64,000 bases of DNA, from assembly GCF_036321535.1 (NCBI RefSeq), contig NC_087436.1:117058001-117122000 (forward strand), in the 5' to 3' direction. Shown here one piece after another: positions 11,301 to 22,480 of the stretch. The notes under the pieces are model-generated. The model saw only the letters and a program-made list of their open reading frames with translations, searched no databases and had not been told where the DNA came from. Made by a program: the position numbers and the translations under genes. The stretch comes from Camelus dromedarius. Taxonomy: Eukaryota. Position 1 is the first letter of the stretch; each line of letters starts with the position of its first letter.

Positions 11301-13959
11301 GACAACAGTCAGAAATCCTGGGCCACAGAGGCCAAGATTTAAGTGTGGAGCCTCTATGCTCCTGATCAGAAAGTTGGCCGGCAATGCGTCCCTGAGCAGG
11401 TTTTTCTGGGTGACTTCTAAGCTTGGGGGTCTGTTTCACGAGGGTCAACCTCTAAAGGGCCCACTCTGCCACGCTCCTGCTGCAAGACACATCATCTTGC
11501 TAAGTCCAAGTTTTCCCACTGAGCACAGCCAACAACAGGGGGCCAACCAAAAGCATCAGAGACTCGTTCAGTACAGACAGCCACACCGGGCTCCTCTCCA
11601 GGCCCCAAGCTCCGGTGCCGTGTCCCAGTGTCCCCTCCTACCCTCAAGCCTCACTAGCGCCCAGCAAGCAAACTGCTCAGATCCTGAGCTCTGCTGAGAC
11701 TGAGGTTGCAGACAAGGGTGCCTCAATGCATAGGACGAACCCCTTTCTTTTTCAACCCAGCTAGCTAGAGCCTGGTGCCTGAGGACTCCAGCCAAAGCCA
11801 CGTGCGACACACCAGCTGTTCTGAGCCCACTCGCCCACGCGGGTGAAGGCCCCTTGTAGCCATACTGGATGCTAACTTCAGCCACCACGGGCGCAGGGCG
11901 GTCCTGAGTGGCCAGCCCACACTACACCAAGAAATGAAGGCAGAGCAGAGGACACCAGCAGCTCCTCGCAGGCACACAAGGAAGCTCATTCTTCCTCGTT
12001 GAAACGACTGCACCTGGTGGGAAGTTAGATGCCGTATCAGCCTGGAGTCTGGGCTGAGGCCTCCCCACTGAGCTTCACCATTACAGAAAGGGGTTCACCT
12101 TTGCGTTACTAGTTCCTGACGTGCACTGCTTTCCAGAAACCTCAAGGGCACGGGGATAAGAGCTGGATTTGGGTACCAATGCGCCACTCCAAGTATGGGG
12201 AGCACTGACTGGGTGAACCCACAGAAGGAACTGGGCACCTGTAGGACTGCGGGCAGCCAGAGGTCCAACAGGAGGAAAGCTAGAGCCGAAGCCAGGGCCT
12301 GGAAGACAGCGACAGGCCCTCACCAGTCGGCTGGTGAGGTTTCCCCTATTTGCATACCTTAACTCCTAAAGTGGTGCTGTCCCTCCAAAGCCATTTCCTC
12401 CCAAAAGTCTTTACAGGTCACAGGAGGTAGGCAGCAACCCTCCCTCATCTGAACTCACTCAGGTTCTTCCATTGGTCATTGACCACCTGCCTCCCCCCCG
12501 GGGTAGTTCAGTCTCATTTACACAATCAAGTCCTTGCCAGAGCACAGCCCGTCCCCACGATTAGACTCTGGGAGTCCTCACGGCCTGGCAGAATTGGACT
12601 CATAGCTGAGATAGCCTGGCACGCAGCACAGTGGCTGGAACGTATTAAAAATTTGATAGACGCACAATGTTGATTTTGCTCCTTTCCTGGGGAGCAGTTT
12701 GACAGTTTACAAAGCACCTCTATCTACTATCTCCTCTAAGTCTCAACACACTATTCTACTACCTATACTTTGTAAGTTGGATAGACAGTTGGCAAGGAAG
12801 GAAGAGAACCACCCTGCGTCACAGGACATCCGAGGCTGAGACCCGTTTGTTTTGCTCCATCTGATAAAGCACACATCTCCAGTTTAGCTTCCTATCCGCA
12901 GGGCCAGATTCAAGGCTGGGTATCTCGATTTTGAGCTAGCCTGGAATTGAATATAGACACCTAGTAACAAAACCAAATCTACCTAAACGAGTTAATGTGC
13001 ACAAATGACTTGAGCAGCTGCTGATTAGTCAGAATTGCTATTTTATTAAGAGTCTTCCTTGCTCTCATGTCTAAGTAAGTTTGGTCATGTTAGTCACCTG
13101 ATTTGCCATGGGAATGAAAGTATTTTTACAGCCCAAATACCCGTCCCCCCTTAAGTCTGGAGCTAAGTTAGTGACACTAAAGTTCCTCACATACTGTCCC
13201 AGCACTATTAGCTCAGCCAGTTCCCTTCACACCCAGCATAACTTAGTTCGTCATCATTAACAAGCCAGCCACAGAGGGAGCTGGCTGATTTGCTACCTAA
13301 TCAGCTGGAGCACTGATTTATGGGAACTAACTCTGGGATGCCACATCCTCTGTTAGGGGTAAGAGTTCTTTCAGTCCAGGTTGAGATGTTAGAGAGACAG
13401 CTGTGCTTTCTAAGTTCTGATACTTGTATCAAGTGGGGACAATGCAAGGCAGAAGGTCCTCATTTATTCTCAGAACCATGTGCCAGGGCCACCTCAGGAC
13501 ACTCAAGAACTGGTTCTTCTAGCTGCTAGGAGACCACAGCCCAGTGCAGTGCACCCAACGATGCTATCACCCGGAAAGTCAATCTATTAGCGCTATGATG
13601 CTGGACCCACAGGTGCATCCCCCCCACCCATAGCTGGGACTCCTCCACTGACCTGAGGAACTTATATCTTTCAGTCACGGGAGATTCAGCTGCATGACTC
13701 CCGACTCCATGAAAGTTATGATCCAACCGTAACTCTTGAGGAATGTCACAACATGTTTTACACGCAGTGTTTTTTTTAGAAAAGTTAGTTTCAAGCACTA
13801 CCAACAAAAGACACCACGCTACTCCCAAGCTGTCCTACTCCTTTGCAGGACGGCAGGGCCCCTGGGAGCCTAAGTTTTCACTTGCAAAGCATGTAGTTAA
13901 ATCATCTGCTTGGTGGCTTTGCTTTTAAATGACTGAGTCACCTACCACCTCGTTGGCCA

Positions 13960-14130
13960 AGCCAAAAATCAGGCATCACTGGGCTCCTCTCCTCACCCCC
14001 ACACCCCACTGCCTGCACTTCTCAGTGTATCTATTCCCTGCCCCCATCATCACAGCCACCACCCCCAGCTTCACTGATCCTTCAGGTTTCAACTTGTAAG
14101 GTCACTTCTCCTAGGTGGTGTTCCTCAACC
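13960..14130 (+). mobile_element. L2 fragment
   Basis: L2-like pyrimidine-rich 3' motifs (atccttcaggtttcaact...gtcacttctcc). Confidence 0.45.
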
Positions 14131-14679
14131 CCTTAGGAAAGTGAGGGACCTCATGCCCACATTTCTGTAACACCTCCAGCTCCGTGACACACAAGATGCT
14201 TCTATTCTCCAAGTTATGCATTTCTAACAACTGTGTCTGAGCAGGACTATGTTTCTTTCCTACAATGCACTCAAGTTTTATAAAGATAGAAAACCTAGTG
14301 TGCACCAGGCCCAGGAGTATTCTCCGTATGTCTAACCTCGATGCACATCATTAAAGCAGTGGACTCATGTATCTTTCAACTAAGCATGATTCCATGAATT
14401 GACATAGTCCACATTTTGTTTTTTGAAACATCCAGATATGTTGGCTTAATACCACCCATGGTCAAGGACGATACTCTAGTATTTTGATACTACATAGTGC
14501 GTGGTGGGGAACCCAAGGGAGGGTTGAAATAGCCACAGAGAGAATTGGTTCCTTTTGTGAACCAGTACTGAATTATCGTGACGCAGAAAAGTGGCATCAC
14601 CCAATGGCCACCTACGCAGTGGCCCAGCCTGGGATGAAGTGCTCACAACTTCCCAAGTTTTAGATGTTATCAGGAACAA

Positions 14680-15385
14680 CATTGTGAGTATTTCCCTTGA
14701 TTCCACCCCTTTTGGAGTTAAGTGACCTCTTCCTGTTGGTTTCCAGTGGTGCAGTCATTGAGAATCATTCTCTTCAACACCCACAACATGCCAGGCAGAT
14801 GCTGGGTGTGCAGCAGTCACGCTGCCTGACCTGTGTCTCCATCCCACGGGGTTGTTTCTCAAGGACCCATGCTCTTCCCCACATATCTGTAGATCTCCAT
14901 TGTGCACATCACAGCATCCTTCAATTTTGGCAATCTTACAGGGACACAAATGCACCAACCTCTTAAGAACCACAGCCCAAAGATACATGGGGCTTCAATG
15001 GGACAGACATGCCTGGAGGAGACAGCAAGCCTCGTTCAAAATTGAAACCAGATGCCAACCCCTCCCAGATGTACATTAGTGGTGCTACCTGGTCCATTAA
15101 CTTTGACCTCAGAGTCTTGACTTCTCTCCAGCCTCACTTTCTGCAATCCCTCTGGATCTATTGACTTGACAACCTCGCAACAGGGTTCAAGTTGTCTGCA
15201 TACAGAGGTCTTACTATCCAATCCCAACAGCGCCATTGGTAGGGACTTGAGCTCCCCTCCCCAACCAGGGACAAGGGGCCTGGGCCTTCCCCAGGCCCAG
15301 ACCCAAGCTGGGGGCGCTGAGGCAGAGCCGTCTGTGGCCCCCGCCACCCTCCACCTGCACATGGACATGGAAGAGCTTCACAGCC
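14680..15385 (-). pseudogene. CLASP2: Decayed processed pseudogene of CLASP2 (N-terminal TOG1 region into start of TOG2)
   Basis: Minus-strand 15103-15044 translates KLMDQVAPLMYIWEGLASGF (CLASP2 from memory KLMDQVAPPMYIWEQLASGF). 14897-14877 gives EIYRYVG (EIYRHVG). Further colinear remnants: FHVHVQ/LCLSAPS, ALLGLD, GVEEND, REILT. Many frameshifts, deletions and stops; no introns. The symbol refers to the parent gene. Confidence 0.85.
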
Positions 15386-15810
15386 ACGCCCGCCAGGCTG
15401 AGGAACTGAGCCCACAACCCCACAGGCAGCACAAGACACTGTGCAGCCCCGGATATGACAAATGTTCCACTGGCTGTTTTAAAGGCTGCTATTCGTTCTA
15501 AGCTGTATTTGAGAATTTTCAAACGGAAGTCAGACCTGGGAGTGGGCTGGGGAGTAACCTTTGTAATCACGTCTTTGAGGACACCTTGGTAGGGCACCTG
15601 GCCTCAGTCGGTACCCTGGTTGGGGGTTTGCCCCAAGGTCGAGTATTCCAGAATGGGTGGTAAACCTATAGAGTAAATGCTACCTTCACTGTCAGTGGCC
15701 CCTGCAACTCCAACATCGTGTGTCCTTTCCCTCCAAGAGGGCTCAGTGGCCAGGGATTAGGGCTCTGGGCTTGGGAAGGAGGATGACAGATGGGCAGGCC
15801 CAGTCTCACC

Positions 15811-16228
15811 TGCTGTTAGGGGTTGACCTGGGCGACCCCAGTCACACTCAGGTCCTAACCGCAGTACCTTAGGATAAGATGATTTGGAAATAGGGCTATT
15901 GCAGCTGCAGTCAGTCAGCATGAGGTCATACTGGAATCAAGTGCACCTTCATCTAGTATAAATGGTGTCCTTCAGGAAGAAGTTGGTACAGACACTCAGG
16001 GAAACGCCATGCAAACATGAAGGCAGAGATCAGAGCGATGCTTCCACAAGCCAGTGATGGCCAGGAAGCCCCCGGAAGCTGGGAGAGGGGCAGGAGCGGA
16101 TTCTCCCTCACACCCTTCAGAAGGAATCAACTCCGTCCCACTGCCTTGATCTCAGACTTCAGCCTCCCAGACTCGAGAACTGTTTAAGTAATTCAGCTTG
16201 TGGTACCCTGTTACAGCAGCCCAGCACA
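15811..16228 (+). mobile_element. MLT1 (MLT1C-like) LTR
   Basis: atttggaaataggg, atgaggtcatactgga, ggcagagat, ggattctccctca, ccttgatctcagacttcagcctcc, tgtggtaccctgttacagcagcc. Confidence 0.85.
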
Positions 16229-16859
16229 CCAGCCCACCTTCCCAGCCCCGCGCAGACCTGGACAGCACACCCCTTGCTCTAGGGATGGGAACATCCACGT
16301 GGAACTACCTGACCATCTAAAGGGGGCAGAGAACACCTGTTCTCAGCACGCAGGCAGAACCCAAGGGTCAGACTACGGCTGGCCAGTTCCCTAGACTGAT
16401 CTACTGGTTAGATCGCTCCTCCCTGACCTGAGGACAGAGAAACTCTCCAGCTCATCCAGGTCCCTCTCCCATAGACATGAAAAAGCAAGAGTTCTCCAGG
16501 TTAAAAACTCTGCTTCCTGTTTCCTGCGCTTTGGGTAAAGGAGCTTGGCCTCTTCACATCTGAGGACTAGCGAGAAGACCAGTGTAGCGGGGAGAGGGCT
16601 TGGAAGTGCCAGCAGTGATGCACCAGGGAGTCAGGCGCACTGGTCTGGAGCAGGTGTTGTCAGAAGCCAGGATGGATTTCTCGAAAGCTGTGGCACCTAG
16701 AGATCCTCAGTTATTTGGATTCGGAGCTCAAGCCAGCTCCGCAGAATTGGGGCTTGGATAGACCCTGCGCTTCAGTGCACGGAGATGGAGAATTTCCGTG
16801 TCTGCAGCGGCCGAGGATGACCGAAGTGCTGACCAGACTGGAGTGAAGACAGACTTGGG

Positions 16860-17515
16860 AGGCCAAAAACTCCATCCTCGGATCATGCTAAAGCTGGCGT
16901 TTTCTAAACACGCGTCCCATGAAGTCGAACTCAGATATGTGCGCAGAGCAGTGATTACCTCACCTTTCCCTGACTCCCAGTGTTACAGCAGGCAGATAGC
17001 TCGACATGAGCAGAGAAAGGGGGATGCAGGCCAAAGGCAGGAATTGGTCAAAAAGGAGGGGCACGGGCCGAATGAAGGAAACCCTACACATAAGCAGGGC
17101 CCCAAATCCTTCCCTCCCTAATGAATATTCTGCCCATTCATTTTTACACCCTAAGTAACTGACTTGCCAAAGAAACTCGGGGCAGCTGCTCACCTGAGCC
17201 TGCCCACTCTCCCCTTGGGAGTGTACCATCCATCCCTTTATAAATTCCCACTTTACTTTCTTAACCTCCGAGTCTGGTCTCTGAATTCTTTCTGCGATGG
17301 GACAAGAACCTAGTCACCAGCAACATTAGCACCTTCCCCTGCACCTCCAAATCTTCACCCATCAATATCCCAAGCCCCTTGCCTTCCAGAACTCAGATCT
17401 GAGGTTTGCTCTCCTGTCTTGCTAGCTGCCTCATGAATATGCCTTTTCTCTGCGGCAAACCTCAGTGTCTCAGCTTTTAGCTTGCTGTGCCCATCAGGCA
17501 AATGAAACTGATTTG
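16860..17515 (+). mobile_element. Old MER34/MER39-like ERV1 LTR, split by the nested LTR at 16981-17325
   Basis: Both flanking parts align with the 7810-8325 element (ggccaaaaactcc...tcacctttccc, then gcctcatgaa...aacct...tctcagc). Confidence 0.6.
16981..17325 (+). mobile_element. Solo ERV1 LTR (345 bp, MER41-like organisation)
   Basis: Termini TGTTAC...GCAACA, taatgaatattc motif, 3' tgaattctttctgcgatgggacaagaacc typical of this group; degenerate 4-bp TSD ccag/ttag. Confidence 0.75.
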
Positions 17516-19699
17516 GGAGAGGGACCCTTGATCCCGCCTACGCTAGATTTTCTGGGAATTTGGAAGTGAGGGTCTGCTCAGACTGGAGGTGAGGGCAGTA
17601 AGGCTAGCTTGAGCTAGGAGAGCTGGAGAGGCAATTTCTTTGGACACTTTAGAGATGCTTCTTAGGTGTGGCTTACCCTGAGCCTGTTTACAAGCCTCAG
17701 AGGACCCAAGAAAGACAAGATTCTGAGGGGGCAGGGTCAGTGATGGGAGGTCCCTCCACTGTACAGGACATCCCGGCATTCCTTCCCAGGAGGCGAGCTC
17801 GTCCAAGCCTGAGCTCCTGGAGGGAGCAGCGCCCACCGCGTTCCCTGTTGCTCATGCCAGCACCTGGCACAGAGCACTTTTGCAGGGGCCTGATGCACTC
17901 AAATAGGAGAGACCCCTTTCTGGAGCCTGGACTTGAGAACACAAGGGTTGAAAGTGAGCAAGTAGGAAGTTCAGAACACCTGCCCCATCGCTTCTTTCTG
18001 TCCTCCCCAAAGGTGCCGAGACAGCAGCCTCACACGTCTCCTGGCTACGTCCCCAGTTTATGGAAGAGAAAACAAGGGCTGAGGCTACGCACGCTTGGGG
18101 TGAGGTGGATTCCCACAGAGCTGCACGTCTTGAGGCCTCCCTCTTACTACGAGCACTTGGCAGAACCGAGAGGTGAAGGCTTCTGAAACACACCTAGAGG
18201 GATTCTGAAGATTTCCTCCGAGTTACCCAATTCACTAGCTGCAACCAGTTTACCCAAAACCAGCCCAGGAATTTTCCTAAAGATTTAAGGAGTTGCCCCA
18301 AGAAGTGTTTTAAAGAGACACTATTTTACACAATTTGGAATTCAGCGCAAATTCAGGTGATACTCATTCCCTCTGGGATGCAGGCCAGCACTTGTCTGGT
18401 GGGCCCTTCACTAAGCATTGGAAAAACATGGTCCCTGTTGTGATGTTTACAATGGAGCAGGGTTGGCAAATTGAATTAACACTTGATGGTATGCCTGCTA
18501 GGTTAAGTACTGCCTAAATTTAGTGTCCGAATTCAGTTGAATGGACTGGCCTTGAACTGGGGTGTCAGGGAGGGCCAGGAAACAGGTACAGAAGCCCCAA
18601 GGCAGGCACGGCAGAGAGACAGAGCTTGAAGGCCCTGGTGGCATCCTTAGTGGCCCAAGCAGAAAGACCCAGGGAAACAGCAGCTTGAGAGCCAGGCTCG
18701 GTCTGGGTGCCCCCGGGCCTTACAGGCCTGGGGAGGATGTTGGGCTCTACCTTGATAGAGGCCCAGGGTGTGGGACAGTGACATTCCAGAGATGTGGGCA
18801 TTCAAAGAGACTAAATTTGAAGGATTGAATGTGGGCGAGGATGGGTGAGTGAGGTTTCTGGCAACTAGAGAAATGGGGTCACTGTAGGAAGGACATCCCA
18901 GAGGAGCAATCTTACAGAGGGGAGGAAAGAAAGTGGTCTCAGTTGGGCTTTGGGTGGTCTCAATGGGCATCTCTGGGACATTCCAGAGGTGCCAGGAGGC
19001 AGTTACAGATGTAAGGGGCTCAGAAGTGGCTGGGCTGACACACATTAGTGTTCACTGGGGAACAGTCGTTTCAGGGTCCCCAACGTAGACAGGGGGAGCA
19101 CATGTTAGGCGGTTGTACAAACAAAGGCGTGGGTGGGGAGTAGGAGAACCCGAGGAGCTGGAAACACGCTAGCCACAGCTGATACCACTCAAGCATTACT
19201 GAGCCCTTACGGCTGGGACCACCCCGAGACAACCCAGGGAAGGACCCCCCCACATCCCTCTCCTTCCAACCCCCACAACTTCCTGCCAAGTCACTTGTCT
19301 GTAGACGTGCTATGATTTTTAGAGCAAACAGCAGCGTCCCCACCCCCAAACCAACATAACTTCCTCCTAAAGAGCCAGAGCCTAGCACTCTGCCAGGGGT
19401 TTGGGACTTAGTTGTAAGTAACTTTAGTCTCCCGTGAGTCTAAGGCTTCAGGCACACACATGAGGGTTATTAGCTTGCAAAAGCGTGTTGGTCCCTCCAT
19501 TACATAAACGCCTTAGGGGTGAACTTAAATTGTCACACCTGCATCTAATCCCAGTCCCATTAAGGTCAATAACCAAATCCTGGTTTCTCAGAATTACAGC
19601 CACCACTTGTAGATAGCTTGTTTTGCATTTCTGCTTTAGAAATTTCACCCTTATGTACAAAGACTTAACATTTCGAGGGTCCCTTAGAGTTCACAGAAC

Positions 19700-20400
19700 T
19701 ACATTCATTGCTTGATGGGGGAGTGCACGTGGGGCACGGGGTCACCCATTCCAGCATTTACCACGTGCCAGGGACACACTCCAGACAAAAACAGAAAAGC
19801 TGCAGTATCAGGAAAGGGCTAGGAGGCTGTGTTTCAAAACAAGGTGCTCAGGGTATGTGACTTTCATTAAAGAAGTGACGAGCCCAGAAGTACTTTTGAA
19901 GAGTACTTGGAGGCAGTGAAGAGATGTCAGAGGCCTTGGGAGCAAGAGCAAGCCGGGGGAATTCCTAGAGCACCAGGGAAGCCAGTGTGCTGCGGAAAGC
20001 AAGCGAGCAAGCACAGCTGAAGGCAGAGGAGGGTAAGACGGAGCCTCACGTAACCCTGAGACCCATCACACAGGGCCCAGCGGGCCATCTTACTGACTTT
20101 AACTTGGACTTTGAGACTTGGGGTTCCTGTAGGTTTTAATCTGAGGAAAAGATTTGCTTTTCGACTTAAAAAGAACAGGGTGCAATCTGGAGAGCAGATC
20201 TAGGTGAAGGTGGCGGAGGGTAGGTGCATGAGCCAGACCAGACAGGAAACACCTGTGTTAACCCAGGTGCGTCTTCAGGGACCTGCAGTTTTTCTAGGCT
20301 AAGGACGCAAGAGGTGCGTTTGAAAATAGAGCCAAGAAACTTTCCCAGAAGGCTAGAGATTTAAAGTCAAGGGTCACTCCACGGTTTTCTAGTTTGGGCT
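19700..20400 (-). mobile_element. L2 fragments
   Basis: cattcatt start and purine-rich antisense L2 motifs ending gtcaagggtcactccacggttttctagtttggg. Confidence 0.55.
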
Positions 20401-20989
20401 TCAGGTGCTTTGTACATTCCTATATTCCCCCTTTCCCCCTCCCCACCCCAGAGGGAAAGACAGCACCCCCGCAGAAAGGTGAGGTTCCAGCTAACACTCA
20501 GAGCCCTAGCTTTCCCCTTGCAACGAGCAGCTGCCTTTATCTTACAAGAGAAGTTCCCTTTTCCTTCTGCTTTCCTCGTTAGGAAGCGAGCCCTGGTTTT
20601 CTTAGAACCTCCACTCCCCCCACCCCCTTTGCTCTTCTTGGCTTCTCAGCTTTCTAAAAGGAAGTTTTGAGAGAGCTGGGGTCGACCGAGGCCCGTAAAA
20701 GTTCCTGCTGCCAGCAGCTTTTTTCGAGGAAGGGTAATTCCCAATTAGTCACACTTCAAAAAAGAGCAAGTAAAAGCACTCCCCTATGTTTGCAAAACCC
20801 AACGGGCGCCTCACAGCTTCTGCAAACAGCAGGCGCCCAGCTTGGCCAAGGCTGGCAGCCCGGGAACGCCCACTACGAAAACACAGGCATGAAAAAGAAC
20901 GCTGCTGCCTTCAGCGGCCCCAAAATTTCAGCAAAAACATCCTTCGGCAGCCCACCCATCCAGTCCCTGAGAAACCACCCAGCCTCACC

Positions 20990-21800
20990 CACCGGCTCCC
21001 TGGATCATTCTAACGCGAAGAGCTCCCCGCGCCGCCTTTTTCACAGGGCCGTGTGTGGCGTCACTTCCGGAGGCGGGGCGTTCTGGGCGGGGCCCCGCGG
21101 GGGGGGTGGGGCGCGGGGGAGGGGCGCGACCAGGTCCGCGCAGGCTCACCGGGGCCGCAGCCGCCGAGCTGAGTGCTTGACTATATATGGTCAAAGCTGG
21201 GGGCGAGCCGCGCGCGGGGCCGCGCTTCCGGGTTCGGCGCGTCCGCAGCGGCAGCGCGCAGGGCAGGGCGCGAGCCGGCCTCGGAGACCCGGCCTCGGAC
21301 CGCCCCCTCCGCGTCCGGCACGCCCGGCGCCGCCTTTCGGCCCCTGTCCCCGGCTCGGCCTCGGCCAGGTCTGATTCGCGGCGCGCGCGGCCCCGGAGGC
21401 TCTCGGCGAGCGCAGCGCGGTAACAAGTGGGCAAGGATGCCGTACGAGATCAGTAAGTGCCGCGGCCCGGTGCCCCCGGGGTGGGCGCTCGCCCAGCACT
21501 GCCCCCTCGGCCATCGGCCGGGCGCGGGGCGCGGGCGGCCCAGCGGGGTCCCCGAGCGCGGGGGAGGGGTGCCGGCGCCGGCCGGTGAGCGCCCCGCCGC
21601 CCTCGGGAGCTCTGGGCGGAGATCCCCAGCCGGAGGGGCGCCCCAAAGTTGGCGATGCAGTCCGGGCCCGGCGGAGCCCCCGCATCCCTGAACGGCCTGG
21701 TGGGGACCGCGGACCAGGAAGTCGCGCGGTCCTCAGCGCTCCTTTAAAGTGGCGGCCGCCCCTCCCGGTGGAGGCAACAGGTGACCGGCTAAGACCGGTC
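20990..21800. promoter_or_regulatory. WDR1: CpG island / WDR1 promoter and first exon
   Basis: Very high GC and CpG density. ETS motifs CACTTCCGG (21062-21070) and CGCTTCCGG (21223-21231), several GGGCGG boxes, and TATA/CArG-like CTATATATGG (21181-21190) upstream of the ATG. Confidence 0.92.
21437..21452 (+). CDS. WDR1: WDR1 exon 1 coding part (MPYEI, 16 nt)
   Basis: ATG CCG TAC GAG ATC A then donor gtaagt. Confidence 0.97.
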
Positions 21801-21906
21801 CAGGGCCCCTCTGCTTTCCCCCATTCCCTCCCTTCCGACCTCAGCCTGGCGAGGGCCGAGGCAGGGGTTGCCCCTCATATGCCCTGCTGCATTTGTGTCT
21901 CTGCAG

Positions 21907-22028
21907 AGAAGGTGTTCGCCAGCCTCCCCCAGGTGGAGAGGGGTGTCTCCAAAATCATCGGCGGTGACCCCAAGGGCAACAATTTTCTTTACACCAATGG
22001 AAAGTGCGTCATCCTAAGGAACATCGAC
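21907..22028 (+). CDS. WDR1: WDR1 exon 2 (122 nt)
   Basis: ctgcag acceptor; [41 protein letters not shown]; gtgagt donor. Confidence 0.98.
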
Positions 22029-22319
22029 GTGAGTACCTACCCCCTTCCCCCCACCAGACGACTGTTCCTTCCCTGGGCGCAGCAGTGTGGTTTATTCTCC
22101 CTCCCCTTCCACCCCCTCACCTCCGGCCCAGCGGCCTGGGGAGAGGACGCCACACCCCCTCAGCCTTGGGACCACACCTCGGAAGCCCAGGAAGAGAGTT
22201 TCAAATGTATCCAGGCCCAATTCTCTTTCCGTGGGGAAACTGAGGCTCACATTAGTTCAGTTGGTGAGAATAGGGCTCTGAGTTTGAGAGATCAGACAGA
22301 TCCGGTCAGCGGCTGCTTG

Positions 22320-22480
22320 ACCTTGGGGTGGTTGGTGACTTGGGCGTCTCTGAGCCCCAGTTTCCTCATCTGTAAAATGGAGGCAATGACATGTGACTGC
22401 CCCCACGTACCCTGGCTGCCAAGGCCCACGGAGTGAGATGCGTCCCTGCAGCCCAGCATGCCTGGCACACAGCCAGCGCT
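22320..22480 (+). mobile_element. MIR SINE
   Basis: Core gtgacttgggc...tctctgagccccagtttcctcatctgtaaaatgg...tgcctggcacacag. Confidence 0.8.

Noticed and set aside
15036..15368. ORF with IDPEG...VNGP, superficially like an integrase-core transposase motif
   Set aside because: Better explained as shifted frames of the CLASP2 pseudogene.
17540..18545. Possible ERV internal sequence
   Set aside because: It looks repeat-derived, but I could not identify gag/pol/env motifs or boundaries.
21173..21436. Open frame upstream of and in frame with the WDR1 ATG (CTG at 21371)
   Set aside because: No upstream ATG; absence of stops is expected in a CpG island; no evidence for non-AUG initiation.
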